NCBI GenBank assembly: GCA_001593855.1
Contig: LUCC01000001.1
Coordinates: 1-43,663 of the forward strand
From: Candidatus Hecatellales archaeon B24
Lineage (GTDB): Archaea; Thermoproteota; Bathyarchaeia; Hecatellales; Hecatellaceae
Direction: 5' to 3'
DNA: 43,663 bases
Part shown: piece by piece, positions 17,501-24,889 of the stretch
Position numbering within the stretch: position 1 is the first letter of the stretch
Layout: each line of letters opens with the position of its first letter
The notes under the pieces: generated by a model
What the model was told of the DNA's origin: nothing
Databases searched by the model: none
What the model saw: only the letters and a program-made list of their open reading frames with translations
Program-made: the position numbers and the translations under genes

Positions 17501-18012
17501 CCCATGATACGCCTCACGTAGTCGCCCAGCACCACCACCAACGCCTGTTCTGTTCCACCAGCAGACCTCATGGGGCCTGCGAAGTAAATGGCGAGGTGCG
17601 GCCCCTTCCTAGGCTTCCTTTTCACGGTCACCCTTGCTATTCCATGAATGTGGGCTGCAGTCACACCGTCGGTCAGAATAGCTGTTCCCGTCCTAACAGC
17701 CTGCTCCAAAGCTTTTTCAGGTTCAAAGCTTCCGAAGGCTCCGTAAACCACTTCCTCAGCTATTTTGAAGGCTAGAAGGGTTGGGGGAAGCCTGCTTAAC
17801 TCCCTTATACGTTTTCCAACCTTTGGAGGCCCTACGGTGTGCTCAACCCTGTCAGCCAGGTCCCTTGAAATTCTAACCTCCTCGTGGGCTGAGGTTTTAG
17901 GGTCAAAGCCTCTAGACTTCGCTTCGTCAGCTAGCTTGAAAAGCCTTTCAAGCTCTCCTTCAAGGTCTTCAAAGTATTTTTGGTAGGCAGGGCTGGCTTT
18001 AACCTCTGCCAA
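14572..18012 (-). CDS. polC: DNA polymerase D (Pol II) large catalytic subunit DP2
   Basis: 1146 aa. Its length, multiple Cys4 zinc modules (CPGCG...CSLCG, CPKC...CPKCG, CKRCN...CPRCG) and conserved blocks are typical of DP2. No intein-sized insertion is apparent. Confidence 0.9.
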   Translation of the reverse strand: MAEVKASPAYQKYFEDLEGELERLFKLADEAKSRGFDPKTSAHEEVRISRDLADRVEHTVGPPKVGKRIRELSRLPPTLLAFKIAEEVVYGAFGSFEPEKALEQAVRTGTAILTDGVTAAHIHGIARVTVKRKPRKGPHLAIYFAGPMRSAGGTEQALVVVLGDYVRRIMGLEAWRAGDDEVGRFLEELRLYEREVGRFQYHISDENLEYVLRNLPVEVTGIKTDPTEVSTFRDIPSVETNGLRGGALRVVNDGIAGRASKVWKAVKDLNLPGWDWLKNVVAGKAEEDEAGYLQDIIAGRPVFSFPAPKYEGRFRLRYGRARNTGLTSVGVHPATMAILEGFIAVGTQLKLELPGKGGIVGAVETIEPPIVKLKSGSVIRVRSPGEALKVQGEIGKILFLGDLLVSYAEFYENDKPLVPSSFVEEWWAWELGKAVQEACGESLEEASRRAGVNRGRLEAFLEKPLSFQPTAEEALKLSASLKVSLHPAYTYFWRNLTVEEILVLRGLIAQARIEWADGFAQSITLQENSQVKSLLERLLVPHLVGHGKILIGSQDAAPLAYCLGIGRVEAEPIADGGQTPLKLVSLLAGFEVKDKYARFVGVRMGRPEKAKERRMRPPVNVLFPVGLAGGLQRNLVEAAGKPVEVEIAKRKCPGCGVETFDAQCSLCGGRTLPVKVCPKCLRPLEASTCPKCGVEAAAYARQPVNLGSLLERASKRLGLSIPETVKGVKGLMNEAKIPEPVEKGILRAKFGLTVFKDGTVRFDSTNAPLTHFKPSEIGVSVEKLRELGYTVDMDGKPLESPEQTCELKVQDVVVSEKCAEFLVKVAGFLDELLERFYRLPRFYRIAGREDLVGHLIVGLSPHTLCGVLGRIIGFTKHNVCYSHPLWISAKRRDCDGDEDSVMLALDVLLNFSRQYLPAQIGGLMDSPMLLQPVVNPLEVDDQVWSLDLSARYPLEFYLRSLEEPPPKHVASLVSMVMQRLGRPDQYEGYRYAHEVSNINEGVRENTYKRLKTMAEKLRSQMELMGKIEGVEVREVAKRVLGVHLMRDIIGNLKVFASQAFRCKRCNARFRRIPLVGRCPRCGGELALTVYRGSVEKYLKIARWLAEAYGIEDYYKQRVILVESEIGAVFSAEGEEKRKPAQLTDFL

Positions 18013-18024
18013 AGGCCAGCCCTC

Positions 18025-18267
18025 CTATCCCAGCTTCCTAGCATAGAAAAGGTCGCTGAACCGGCAGTAAATGTCCACCGGCTGGCTTGAGGGGGATACC
18101 GGAAGCTCCGCAGTTAAACCGCAGATGCTGCAGGTGACCTTGGCTTTCCCCGCACCCACGTTCATGAGGACTTTAACGGAGCGGGCGCCGCATCTGGGAC
18201 ATACGAAAACCTTTGGCAGAGTTTTCCTAACGATTTTAACTACCTTCCGCCTACGCCTCCTACCCAA
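18025..18267 (-). CDS. Elf1-like transcription elongation factor (zinc ribbon)
   Basis: 80 aa. Basic N-terminus MGRRRRRK, CPRCG...CSICG zinc ribbon and a PVDIYCRFSD tail, as in Elf1 (VDVY..WID). Lies 12 nt upstream of polC on the same strand. Confidence 0.7.
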   Translation of the reverse strand: MGRRRRRKVVKIVRKTLPKVFVCPRCGARSVKVLMNVGAGKAKVTCSICGLTAELPVSPSSQPVDIYCRFSDLFYARKLG

Positions 18268-18352
18268 CCCGGCTACACCTTCAAGGTCTTCAGAAAAACC
18301 TACCTACTTAAAAAGGGTGAGGAGCACATGAAAAATGTTTCCCCAGGCAGGC

Positions 18353-18372
18353 CTGTTCAAACCTTTGAACAG
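18353..18372. repeat. 20-bp palindrome CTGTTCAAA-CC-TTTGAACAG in a divergent promoter region
   Basis: Perfect 9-bp arms read directly from the sequence. It lies between the elf1 start (18267, minus) and the DUF541 gene start (18423, plus). Confidence 0.85.
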
Positions 18373-18422
18373 CCTGTTCTAAACCATATCATTAAGCAGG
18401 TTGAACTCCCATATTTAGGCTG

Positions 18423-19289
18423 GTGAAAAGGGAGATGAGCAACCAGGCAGGATTAAGAAACACGGTTTTAGCCTTATGCGTCGCCGCCGTTGTAATGCTG
18501 GCTGTAAGCCTCGCCGTAACGGTCCCCGTCTTCCTATCGTCTGGCAGAGGAGGTCAAGCCTACCCTACTTCAACACCCCAAGCTGCCCCGCCGCCAATAA
18601 GCCCTGAAGCCCTAGGCAGAAAAGCGGAAATGGCTGCTTTCCAAGGGGGAGAACAGGTGAAAACCATAAACGTGGTAGGCGTCGGCACCGTTAAGGCTAA
18701 ACCTGACAGGGCTGTTGTAAGCCTCAGCGTGGTAACCCGTGGGAACACTGCGGTTGAAGCCTACCAGCTTAACACCGAGAAAATGAACGGGGTAATCGCA
18801 GCCTTAAAGGAAGCTGGAATCCCCGAAAACAGGATGGAAACCACTGGCTACAGCCTCAATCCGGTGCGGAGCTACCCGAAAGATGAAGAGCCTGTAATCG
18901 TAGGCTACGAATGCCGTAACAGCCTGAAGGTTACCCTAGAAGACCTAGGCATGGTTGGAGAGGTGATAGACAGAGGTATTAAAGCTGGAGCCAACCAAGT
19001 TTCCTCGGTAAGCTTCACCCTCTCCGAGGAGTCCAAGGAAAAACTGAGGTTTGAAGCCTTATCCCTCGCCGTCAAGGACGCTAAGGCTAAGGCTGAAACC
19101 ATAGCTGAGGCCGCTGGCGTAACCCTGATAGGCCCTACCTCCATAAGCCTAAGCAGCATTCCCACTCCTCCGATGCCAGTTGTCTACAAGGAGGCAGCCC
19201 TTGTAGGCGCAGCGGCGCCGCCTCAAATAGTCGCACCGGAGGAGCTCAGCGTAACCGTGAACGTCAGCATGGTCTACGAGTTCAAGTGA
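18423..19289 (+). CDS. SIMPL/DUF541-family secreted or membrane-anchored protein
   Basis: 288 aa. N-terminal TM (VLALCVAAVVMLAVSLAVTVPVFL) and Pro-rich linker, then INVVGVGTVKAKPDRAVVSLSV...A...N...M, typical of DUF541. The start is either GTG 18423 or ATG 18435. Confidence 0.65.
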   Translation: MKREMSNQAGLRNTVLALCVAAVVMLAVSLAVTVPVFLSSGRGGQAYPTSTPQAAPPPISPEALGRKAEMAAFQGGEQVKTINVVGVGTVKAKPDRAVVSLSVVTRGNTAVEAYQLNTEKMNGVIAALKEAGIPENRMETTGYSLNPVRSYPKDEEPVIVGYECRNSLKVTLEDLGMVGEVIDRGIKAGANQVSSVSFTLSEESKEKLRFEALSLAVKDAKAKAETIAEAAGVTLIGPTSISLSSIPTPPMPVVYKEAALVGAAAPPQIVAPEELSVTVNVSMVYEFK

Positions 19290-19337
19290 AAGCCTAAACC
19301 TTTAGCCGTAAATTTATTTGTTGAAGGGGCTTCAGGG

Positions 19338-19784
19338 ATGGTGGAGGCAGAAGCCGAACTGGAGGCTAAGCTTCGAGGTAAAACCCTCCAAGTCTACTGG
19401 CATTTGCTTAAGGCTGGCGGAGGCAGAAGCTTCGGGGTTAGGGAAGTTCAAAGGGCAGTAGGCTTCAAAAGCCCGAGCGTCGCCCTCCACCACCTAGAGA
19501 AGCTTAGAGAGCTGGGGCTTCTGTCTAAAACTTCAACAGGCGAATACGTGGTAGCCCGAGAAGTGAAGGTGGGCTTCCTAAAATTTTTTATGAGGATAGG
19601 CCGCTTCCGGTTTCCCAGATGCCTGCTCTACGCCGTCTTCACCACAAGCCTCCTAGCCTCCTACGTAATATTTTACCCTCAAACCCTGTCCCTCCATAAC
19701 CTCATGGCTTTAATCTTCGGCCTCTCAGCCTCAACCATCTTATGGTATGAAACCTTCAAAGCCCTAAAGGAGTCTCCCCTCTGA
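19338..19784 (+). CDS. Winged-helix protein with two C-terminal transmembrane helices
   Basis: 148 aa. N-terminal wHTH-like segment (LQVYWHLLKAGGGRSFGVREVQRAVGFKSPSVALHHLEKLRELGLL), followed by two hydrophobic helices. Confidence 0.55.
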   Translation: MVEAEAELEAKLRGKTLQVYWHLLKAGGGRSFGVREVQRAVGFKSPSVALHHLEKLRELGLLSKTSTGEYVVAREVKVGFLKFFMRIGRFRFPRCLLYAVFTTSLLASYVIFYPQTLSLHNLMALIFGLSASTILWYETFKALKESPL

Positions 19785-19864
19785 AAACTGGAACAATTAG
19801 CTGGAAAGCTTATAGACTAACGCTTATAGTTTCAGGAGGCACCCCTATTCTTCGGTGTAAGAGG

Positions 19865-20209
19865 TTGGTGGAAGGCGGAGAAGAGCTGCCTCAGCTAAAA
19901 GAGTTATACGAGGAACTGCGGAGGGATGCCGCGGAAATCGTTAGAGACCTTTCCATGGCTAAACAGGTTTACCGGGTGGTAGGCATGGTAAGCGTCGTCT
20001 TCGGAGCGGTGCCCATGGCTCTGGGCATAGCAAGCATCATACTGACAACGCTGGCGGAACCATCCCTGTTCAACTGGCCTCACCTCAGCATGGTAATGTC
20101 GATAGCAATCGGGCTGACACTTATAGTGCTGGGAGGCATCCTGTTAAACAGGAGCGAAAGCATGGAAAGGAAATACGGGAAATTTGAAGTTTTAAGGAAG
20201 ATGGATTAG
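19865..20209 (+). CDS. Hypothetical membrane protein (2 TM)
   Basis: 114 aa with two hydrophobic stretches (VVGMVSVVFGAVPMALGIASIIL and MVMSIAIGLTLIVLGGILL). No family recognised. Confidence 0.4.
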   Translation: MVEGGEELPQLKELYEELRRDAAEIVRDLSMAKQVYRVVGMVSVVFGAVPMALGIASIILTTLAEPSLFNWPHLSMVMSIAIGLTLIVLGGILLNRSESMERKYGKFEVLRKMD

Positions 20210-20220
20210 GGTTTAGGAAA

Positions 20221-20520
20221 TTGTCGGAGGCAGCTGTGAAACGCTGTTTACGCTTTTTTAAGGCTATTGGTGAGAAGGGCGGCTCAGCCGGGAGATGGGA
20301 CCTTATAAAGGTAGCTGGCAACGAGGCTGCCTTTAAAAGATGGGTTGAAGATTTCCTAGTCTACCACGGCTTCGTTGAAGAGGTTGTTGAAGGAGGCAGA
20401 ACCGTGTACAGGCAGACGGAGAGAGGAAAAGACTTCCAACGCCTGCTTGAAGACCACGACTATCTCATGGCTTTTAGAAGGATAATGGGGAGAAAGCTAA
20501 GGGGAATCCTAAACGTATAA
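20221..20520 (+). CDS. Hypothetical small protein, possible winged helix
   Basis: 99 aa. The RWDLIKVAG...FLVYHGFVEEVVEGGRTVYRQTERG pattern resembles a wHTH helix followed by a beta-wing. TTG start. Confidence 0.4.
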   Translation: MSEAAVKRCLRFFKAIGEKGGSAGRWDLIKVAGNEAAFKRWVEDFLVYHGFVEEVVEGGRTVYRQTERGKDFQRLLEDHDYLMAFRRIMGRKLRGILNV

Positions 20521-20532
20521 TGCCAGCCCGGT

Positions 20533-21336
20533 TTAGAACGGCTCCAAGATGGGTGCGGCTCTAAGCTTGTGGAGGCTGGCTTCAACTTTATCCTTAACTT
20601 TTTCAATCAGCCTTCTTGAAGCCCCAGTCTGCCTGGCAACCTCTTGAGGGGTTAAACGCAAGTCTACGAGCCCGTGGAGAACCAAGTCTAAAACCTCATA
20701 TTTTACGCCCAGTTCACCTTCATCCGTTTGACCAGGCCACAAGCCGGCTGTCGGGGTTTTACCTAGGATTTCAGCTGGGATTCCGAGGTAGGCTGCCAGC
20801 TGTTTAACCTGGGTTTTATACAGTCCTCCCAACGGTAGAAAGTCGGCTGCTCCATCCCCATACTTGGTGAAGTATCCCACCAAAATTTCGCTTTTATTCC
20901 CCGTTCCAGCCACCAGCAGGTTGAACCTGTTGGCGAAATAGTATAAAATGGACATTCTAATTCTGGGCTTAAGGTTTCCCCACGCGACCAAGGTTTCCCT
21001 GTTAAAAATCGGGATGGACTGCTCTAAAGCCTTTACGACAGGTGAAATCTCAGCTTGGAAAAACTTCACTCCCAACCTTTCAGCAAGCTTTCCAGCATCT
21101 TTCAGGTCGCCTATGCTGGTAACTCCCTGCTCAGGCATGGCTACCGCGTAAACTCTTCCCGCACCCAAGGTTTTCACGGTGAGGGCTAAAACCGTGGAGG
21201 AATCCAGCCCTCCGCTTACGCCGACAACCACGCCTGAAGCCTTTGAGGCTTCCAGAAGGTTTAACGTCAGCCTTCCAAGCCTTTCCGCAGTCTTTCCAGC
21301 GTCTATTTTCAGCCTTTCAAGGTTGAGCTCTGCCAT
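20533..21336 (-). CDS. nadE: NH3-dependent NAD+ synthetase
   Basis: 267 aa. PP-loop VVGVSGGLDSS, a GTGNKSE segment and an FTKYGDG segment, all typical of NadE. Confidence 0.9.
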   Translation of the reverse strand: MAELNLERLKIDAGKTAERLGRLTLNLLEASKASGVVVGVSGGLDSSTVLALTVKTLGAGRVYAVAMPEQGVTSIGDLKDAGKLAERLGVKFFQAEISPVVKALEQSIPIFNRETLVAWGNLKPRIRMSILYYFANRFNLLVAGTGNKSEILVGYFTKYGDGAADFLPLGGLYKTQVKQLAAYLGIPAEILGKTPTAGLWPGQTDEGELGVKYEVLDLVLHGLVDLRLTPQEVARQTGASRRLIEKVKDKVEASLHKLRAAPILEPF

Positions 21337-21391
21337 GGGCAGCCCTCCATTAACAGTTTAAGCTTTAACAGTTCTTAAACCATAATTAGGC

Positions 21392-22021
21392 TTGTGGCTG
21401 AGGCTGGAGGCAGGCTGCTTGGGCAAGGGTAAACTCATAGTTTTAGAGGGGCTTGACGGCTCAGGGAAGACAACTCAAGCCCTCCTGCTGGCTGAAGCCT
21501 TGAGGGCTAGGGGTTTTAAGGCGTGCTACACCTGCGAGCCTACCTACTGGAGGGTTGGAGACCTTTTAAGACTTCACGTTTCAAGGCTTAAACGTAGAAG
21601 CCCTGTCTATGAAGCCCTACTTTTCGCTGCTGACAGGTATGAGCATGTGGCCAGGGAGGTAAGGCCTAAGCTTCGCAGGGGCTACGTAGTGGTTTCCGAC
21701 AGGTACCTACATTCAAGCCTTGCCTATCAGGGAGCTTCAGGGCTGAGCCTCCAATGGATTAAAAGGATAAACTTCTTCGCTCCCAAGCCTGATGCCATCA
21801 TACTCCTAGACGTTCCAGCTGAGGAAGCCTTAAAAAGAAAGCTTAAAGGGAAAAGGCCTGGAAAAGGATTCGAAAGCCTGTCCTTCCAGCGTAAGGTCAG
21901 AAAAGTCTACCTTAAAATGGCTGAGGAGGAAGATTTCCTAACCTTCAACGGCCTAAAACCTGTAGGCGAACTTCACAGGGAAATACTGGGGGAAGTGCTT
22001 AAGCTTCTGAGGAAGCATTAA
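21392..22021 (+). CDS. tmk: Thymidylate kinase
   Basis: P-loop LIVLEGLDGSGKTTQ and the DRY...S..AYQ motif (SDRYLHSSLAYQG). The true start is possibly the TTG at 21419, just before the P-loop. Confidence 0.9.
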   Translation: MWLRLEAGCLGKGKLIVLEGLDGSGKTTQALLLAEALRARGFKACYTCEPTYWRVGDLLRLHVSRLKRRSPVYEALLFAADRYEHVAREVRPKLRRGYVVVSDRYLHSSLAYQGASGLSLQWIKRINFFAPKPDAIILLDVPAEEALKRKLKGKRPGKGFESLSFQRKVRKVYLKMAEEEDFLTFNGLKPVGELHREILGEVLKLLRKH

Positions 22022-22560
22022 CGCCCTCTCAAAACCGATATTTGAGGTGGAGGCAGGCTTCGCCTGTCCGCTTCCAGCCTTACCTGCTCGATTATCCTGC
22101 TCAAAAGCTCGTCTAAAGGCAGCCTCCTCGTCCCCTTAAAGTGGAAAACCTGGATTTCAGCTGTATTCTCCTCCGGGAAAACAACTCTTACCCTTTGAAG
22201 GTCTCCCCAAAGCGACCTTGCCCTCCCTAAACTCCGCCTGTAATTGGCGTACACTATGAAGTCCAAGCGGGGAAGCCTCCTCTCTTTAAGGGTTTTCCTA
22301 AGCTTTCTTGCCTCCTCTCCCCCTAGGAAGGTGAAGTCTTTACCGTCGGCAACTCCCACCTCTAAGGTGCAGAAGACTTCCTCGTACGGAAGCTGGAAGC
22401 TCATCTTGTTGAGGCTGATGAAGGCTTCCGACAGCAGCCTTTGAAGCGTTGAAGCCTCAAACTCATAGTAGATTCTGGCGTAAGCATGAACCATTGGGAG
22501 AGGATGCTCTGAAACTCCTATCAAACTTTGAGCCACCACTTGAAAGAAGCTTTCCTCCAA
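22018..22560 (-). CDS. Hypothetical protein
   Basis: 180-aa ORF of ordinary composition filling the gap between tmk and the CBS gene. No family recognised. Confidence 0.45.
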   Translation of the reverse strand: MEESFFQVVAQSLIGVSEHPLPMVHAYARIYYEFEASTLQRLLSEAFISLNKMSFQLPYEEVFCTLEVGVADGKDFTFLGGEEARKLRKTLKERRLPRLDFIVYANYRRSLGRARSLWGDLQRVRVVFPEENTAEIQVFHFKGTRRLPLDELLSRIIEQVRLEADRRSLPPPQISVLRGR

Positions 22561-22615
22561 TACATGAAAAGTTTAAAGTTAATGTTAAACTATTTCTAGC
22601 TTGGTGTGTTAGCCT

Positions 22616-23023
22616 ATGCCTATAAGCGTTAGGGTTAGAGACGTTTTAGACCCGAACGTCGTGGAGGTTGATGCTTCCACAAGCATTCTAGACCTTACCA
22701 AAACCATGGTTGAAAGATACGTGGGCACCGTGGTGGTTACTAGGGAAGGCCTACCCGTCGGCGAAGTTACCGAGAGAGACATAATAGAAAAGTGCGTGGC
22801 TAAAGGCTTAGACGCTTCCAAGGTTACAGCTGAAGAAATTATGAGGTCTCCGCTGGTGACGATTGAGCCTGATTCAAGGCTTGGAGAAGCCATAAGGCTT
22901 ATGCTTGAAAGCAAGGTTAGAAGAATCTTCGTGGTTGAAAAAGGAAAAATCATGGGAAGCATAACCCAGACAGGCATCTGCATGAACATACTGAACATTG
23001 CGGGGGCTCTTCAAGCGCTTTAA
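22616..23023 (+). CDS. CBS-domain pair protein
   Basis: 135 aa. Two CBS-like units (VRDVLDPNVVEVD...VGTVVVT and AEEIMRSPLVTIEPDSRLGEAIRLMLESKVRRIFVVEKGKIMGSIT). Confidence 0.8.
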   Translation: MPISVRVRDVLDPNVVEVDASTSILDLTKTMVERYVGTVVVTREGLPVGEVTERDIIEKCVAKGLDASKVTAEEIMRSPLVTIEPDSRLGEAIRLMLESKVRRIFVVEKGKIMGSITQTGICMNILNIAGALQAL

Positions 23024-23039
23024 CCCCCTAAAAATTTTT

Positions 23040-23633
23040 TCACCCAGCAGGCTTCGGCTTCAATATTATGGCTAGTTGACCGGTTGGCTTCCACACTTTC
23101 AGCAGGGCTTGAGGGTTCGTTTTCATGTAGGCGCCTTCTGCAGGGTCGTGAATGTAAAGGTATTCTTCGCTGTATCCTACGGCCACGACGCTGTGCCTGA
23201 AGTTTCCAGACATGATGCGTAGGATTACAGGGTTTCCAGCGTCTATTTGGGCTTTAACCTCTTCAAGGCTTAACCCCTCCGAGTATTCAGCTTCCACGTA
23301 TCTTTGGAGGAAGGGAAGCATGTTCTCGAAGCGGTCGTAGCCCTGCCTGTTAACCTCCTCCTGTGAAACGTTGAAGCCGTAATATTGGAGAACCATGCTG
23401 GCTGAGGCCTCAGAACAATACCAAGGCTTCTGCTCCACGAAGGGAACCTTCAAAAGATGGGAGGCTCCTTCAACTTCAGCTCGGCTTAAAGAACCCCAGT
23501 AAAGCTTTTCAGGCTGACCCCGCGGAAATTCCACTTTCACGTTTGACGCCAAGAAAAGTATGGCTAAAAGTATGAGGACGGCTAGTAGAAGGGTTCCCCT
23601 TGAAACAGGAGTTTCACCACGCTGACTCTTCAA
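23040..23633 (-). CDS. Membrane-anchored peptidase C39-like (papain-fold) domain protein
   Basis: 197 aa. N-terminal TM, then VPFVEQKPWYCSEASASMVLQYYG (the Q...C motif of C39-like domains), with later HSVVAVGY and IHDP as candidate His and Asp residues. Confidence 0.5.
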   Translation of the reverse strand: MKSQRGETPVSRGTLLLAVLILLAILFLASNVKVEFPRGQPEKLYWGSLSRAEVEGASHLLKVPFVEQKPWYCSEASASMVLQYYGFNVSQEEVNRQGYDRFENMLPFLQRYVEAEYSEGLSLEEVKAQIDAGNPVILRIMSGNFRHSVVAVGYSEEYLYIHDPAEGAYMKTNPQALLKVWKPTGQLAIILKPKPAG

Positions 23634-23729
23634 GTGCTTTCCACTCCTTCGGGCACTAGGACCGCTGCCTCCAAAGCCAGACCTGCAGCAGCTTCTTCAG
23701 CCCTTAAATTTCTAACATCCTCGAGAAGC

Positions 23730-24383
23730 TTAGGGTTTTCGGCTGCTAGGGGCGAGGTCGAAAAATAAAATCAAAGGTTCCCCTGCTTCCTCACCCTCCA
23801 GAAGCCTCCAGTAACGCTTGGTTTCACGTCTAATTCTTTCAGCTCTCCTACGTTTGAAGGCTTCCAAGTCAAGTTTAGGCTTCCAGAGTTCCCCCGCTTC
23901 AGCTACGGATTTCTCGTAGGCATCCAAAACCGTGTAGTCGGCTATGCGGAAGTGAAGTTTCCAGCCTCTGCTGTCAGGCTTAACTCTGGCTTCAACTTTT
24001 CCCACGGCCAGCTTTGAGAGGGCTTCAGCAGCCCAGCTGCCCACTGCTATTATAGGGCTGACGTAGGCTGAAGCTATGACGAGGGCTTCCACAGCCTGCA
24101 AGGACGCTGAAAGATTCGAGGCGAAAGCCTCAGCCATCTTCCTAAGTTCCTCGGAAGGATGGAAAAGCTTTAGAAGCCTTCTGAAGCCTTTACGCTTCCT
24201 AAGCTCGGCCATGGATGGAGGCAGTCCGAGGTCTCGGTATTTGAAGCGTTTAAGAAGCCACTGAAGGGCTGTGTCCACTTCAGGTTTTCCAGCTTCAGCC
24301 AGAACAACGCCTCTAAGGTTTTTAACCAAAGCCGCATAGCGGGAAAGCACTTGGAGTTTTCCTCCTGAACTTTTAAAGGGCAA
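23730..24383 (-). CDS. Hypothetical protein
   Basis: 217-aa ORF upstream of the C39-like gene on the same strand. No family recognised. TTG start. Confidence 0.4.
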   Translation of the reverse strand: MPFKSSGGKLQVLSRYAALVKNLRGVVLAEAGKPEVDTALQWLLKRFKYRDLGLPPSMAELRKRKGFRRLLKLFHPSEELRKMAEAFASNLSASLQAVEALVIASAYVSPIIAVGSWAAEALSKLAVGKVEARVKPDSRGWKLHFRIADYTVLDAYEKSVAEAGELWKPKLDLEAFKRRRAERIRRETKRYWRLLEGEEAGEPLILFFDLAPSSRKP

Positions 24384-24472
24384 ACCAAGTTTAAGAGTTT
24401 AGTTTTCCAAAGCTTTCGCCTAAAGTAACTAATTTAAATTTTTTAACTGCAAATATTTTTAGGAGAGGTTCC

Positions 24473-24889
24473 TTGGAACTGCCAGAGTTCATCCTAACCG
24501 GCTTAGTAGTTTTATTCAGCTTCTTGGCGGTTTGGATGATTACTTCACTGGCGATTTTTTTGGCTGGGAGAGCGATTGCAGGCAGCTATGCAACCTTTCC
24601 TAAGGCTTCAGCTTTAATCCTCGTGGGCGGCATTCTTATAGGTATAACCTATGGGGTTGCCGCCTTCCTTTTCACTCCTCCCCTCGGATGGCTTGTGGCC
24701 TTCCTTGTCTGGCTGGGCCTAGTTAAACATTTTTTTGAAACAGGGTGGCTTGGAGCCTTCGTAATATCTCTCCTCGCCTGTATAATCCTCCTGCTGCTGG
24801 TTGCAGGGTTGGTGATAGCTCTAGCTATCATAGAAGTTCATGTGCCCTTCCTGCCTGAAACGCCGGAAGAGCTTCTTCCAACAGTTTAA
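24473..24889 (+). CDS. Hypothetical polytopic membrane protein
   Basis: 138 aa, almost entirely hydrophobic helices (about four). AGGAGAGG lies before the TTG start. The stop overlaps the htrA-like ATG (TAATG). Confidence 0.55.
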   Translation: MELPEFILTGLVVLFSFLAVWMITSLAIFLAGRAIAGSYATFPKASALILVGGILIGITYGVAAFLFTPPLGWLVAFLVWLGLVKHFFETGWLGAFVISLLACIILLLLVAGLVIALAIIEVHVPFLPETPEELLPTV

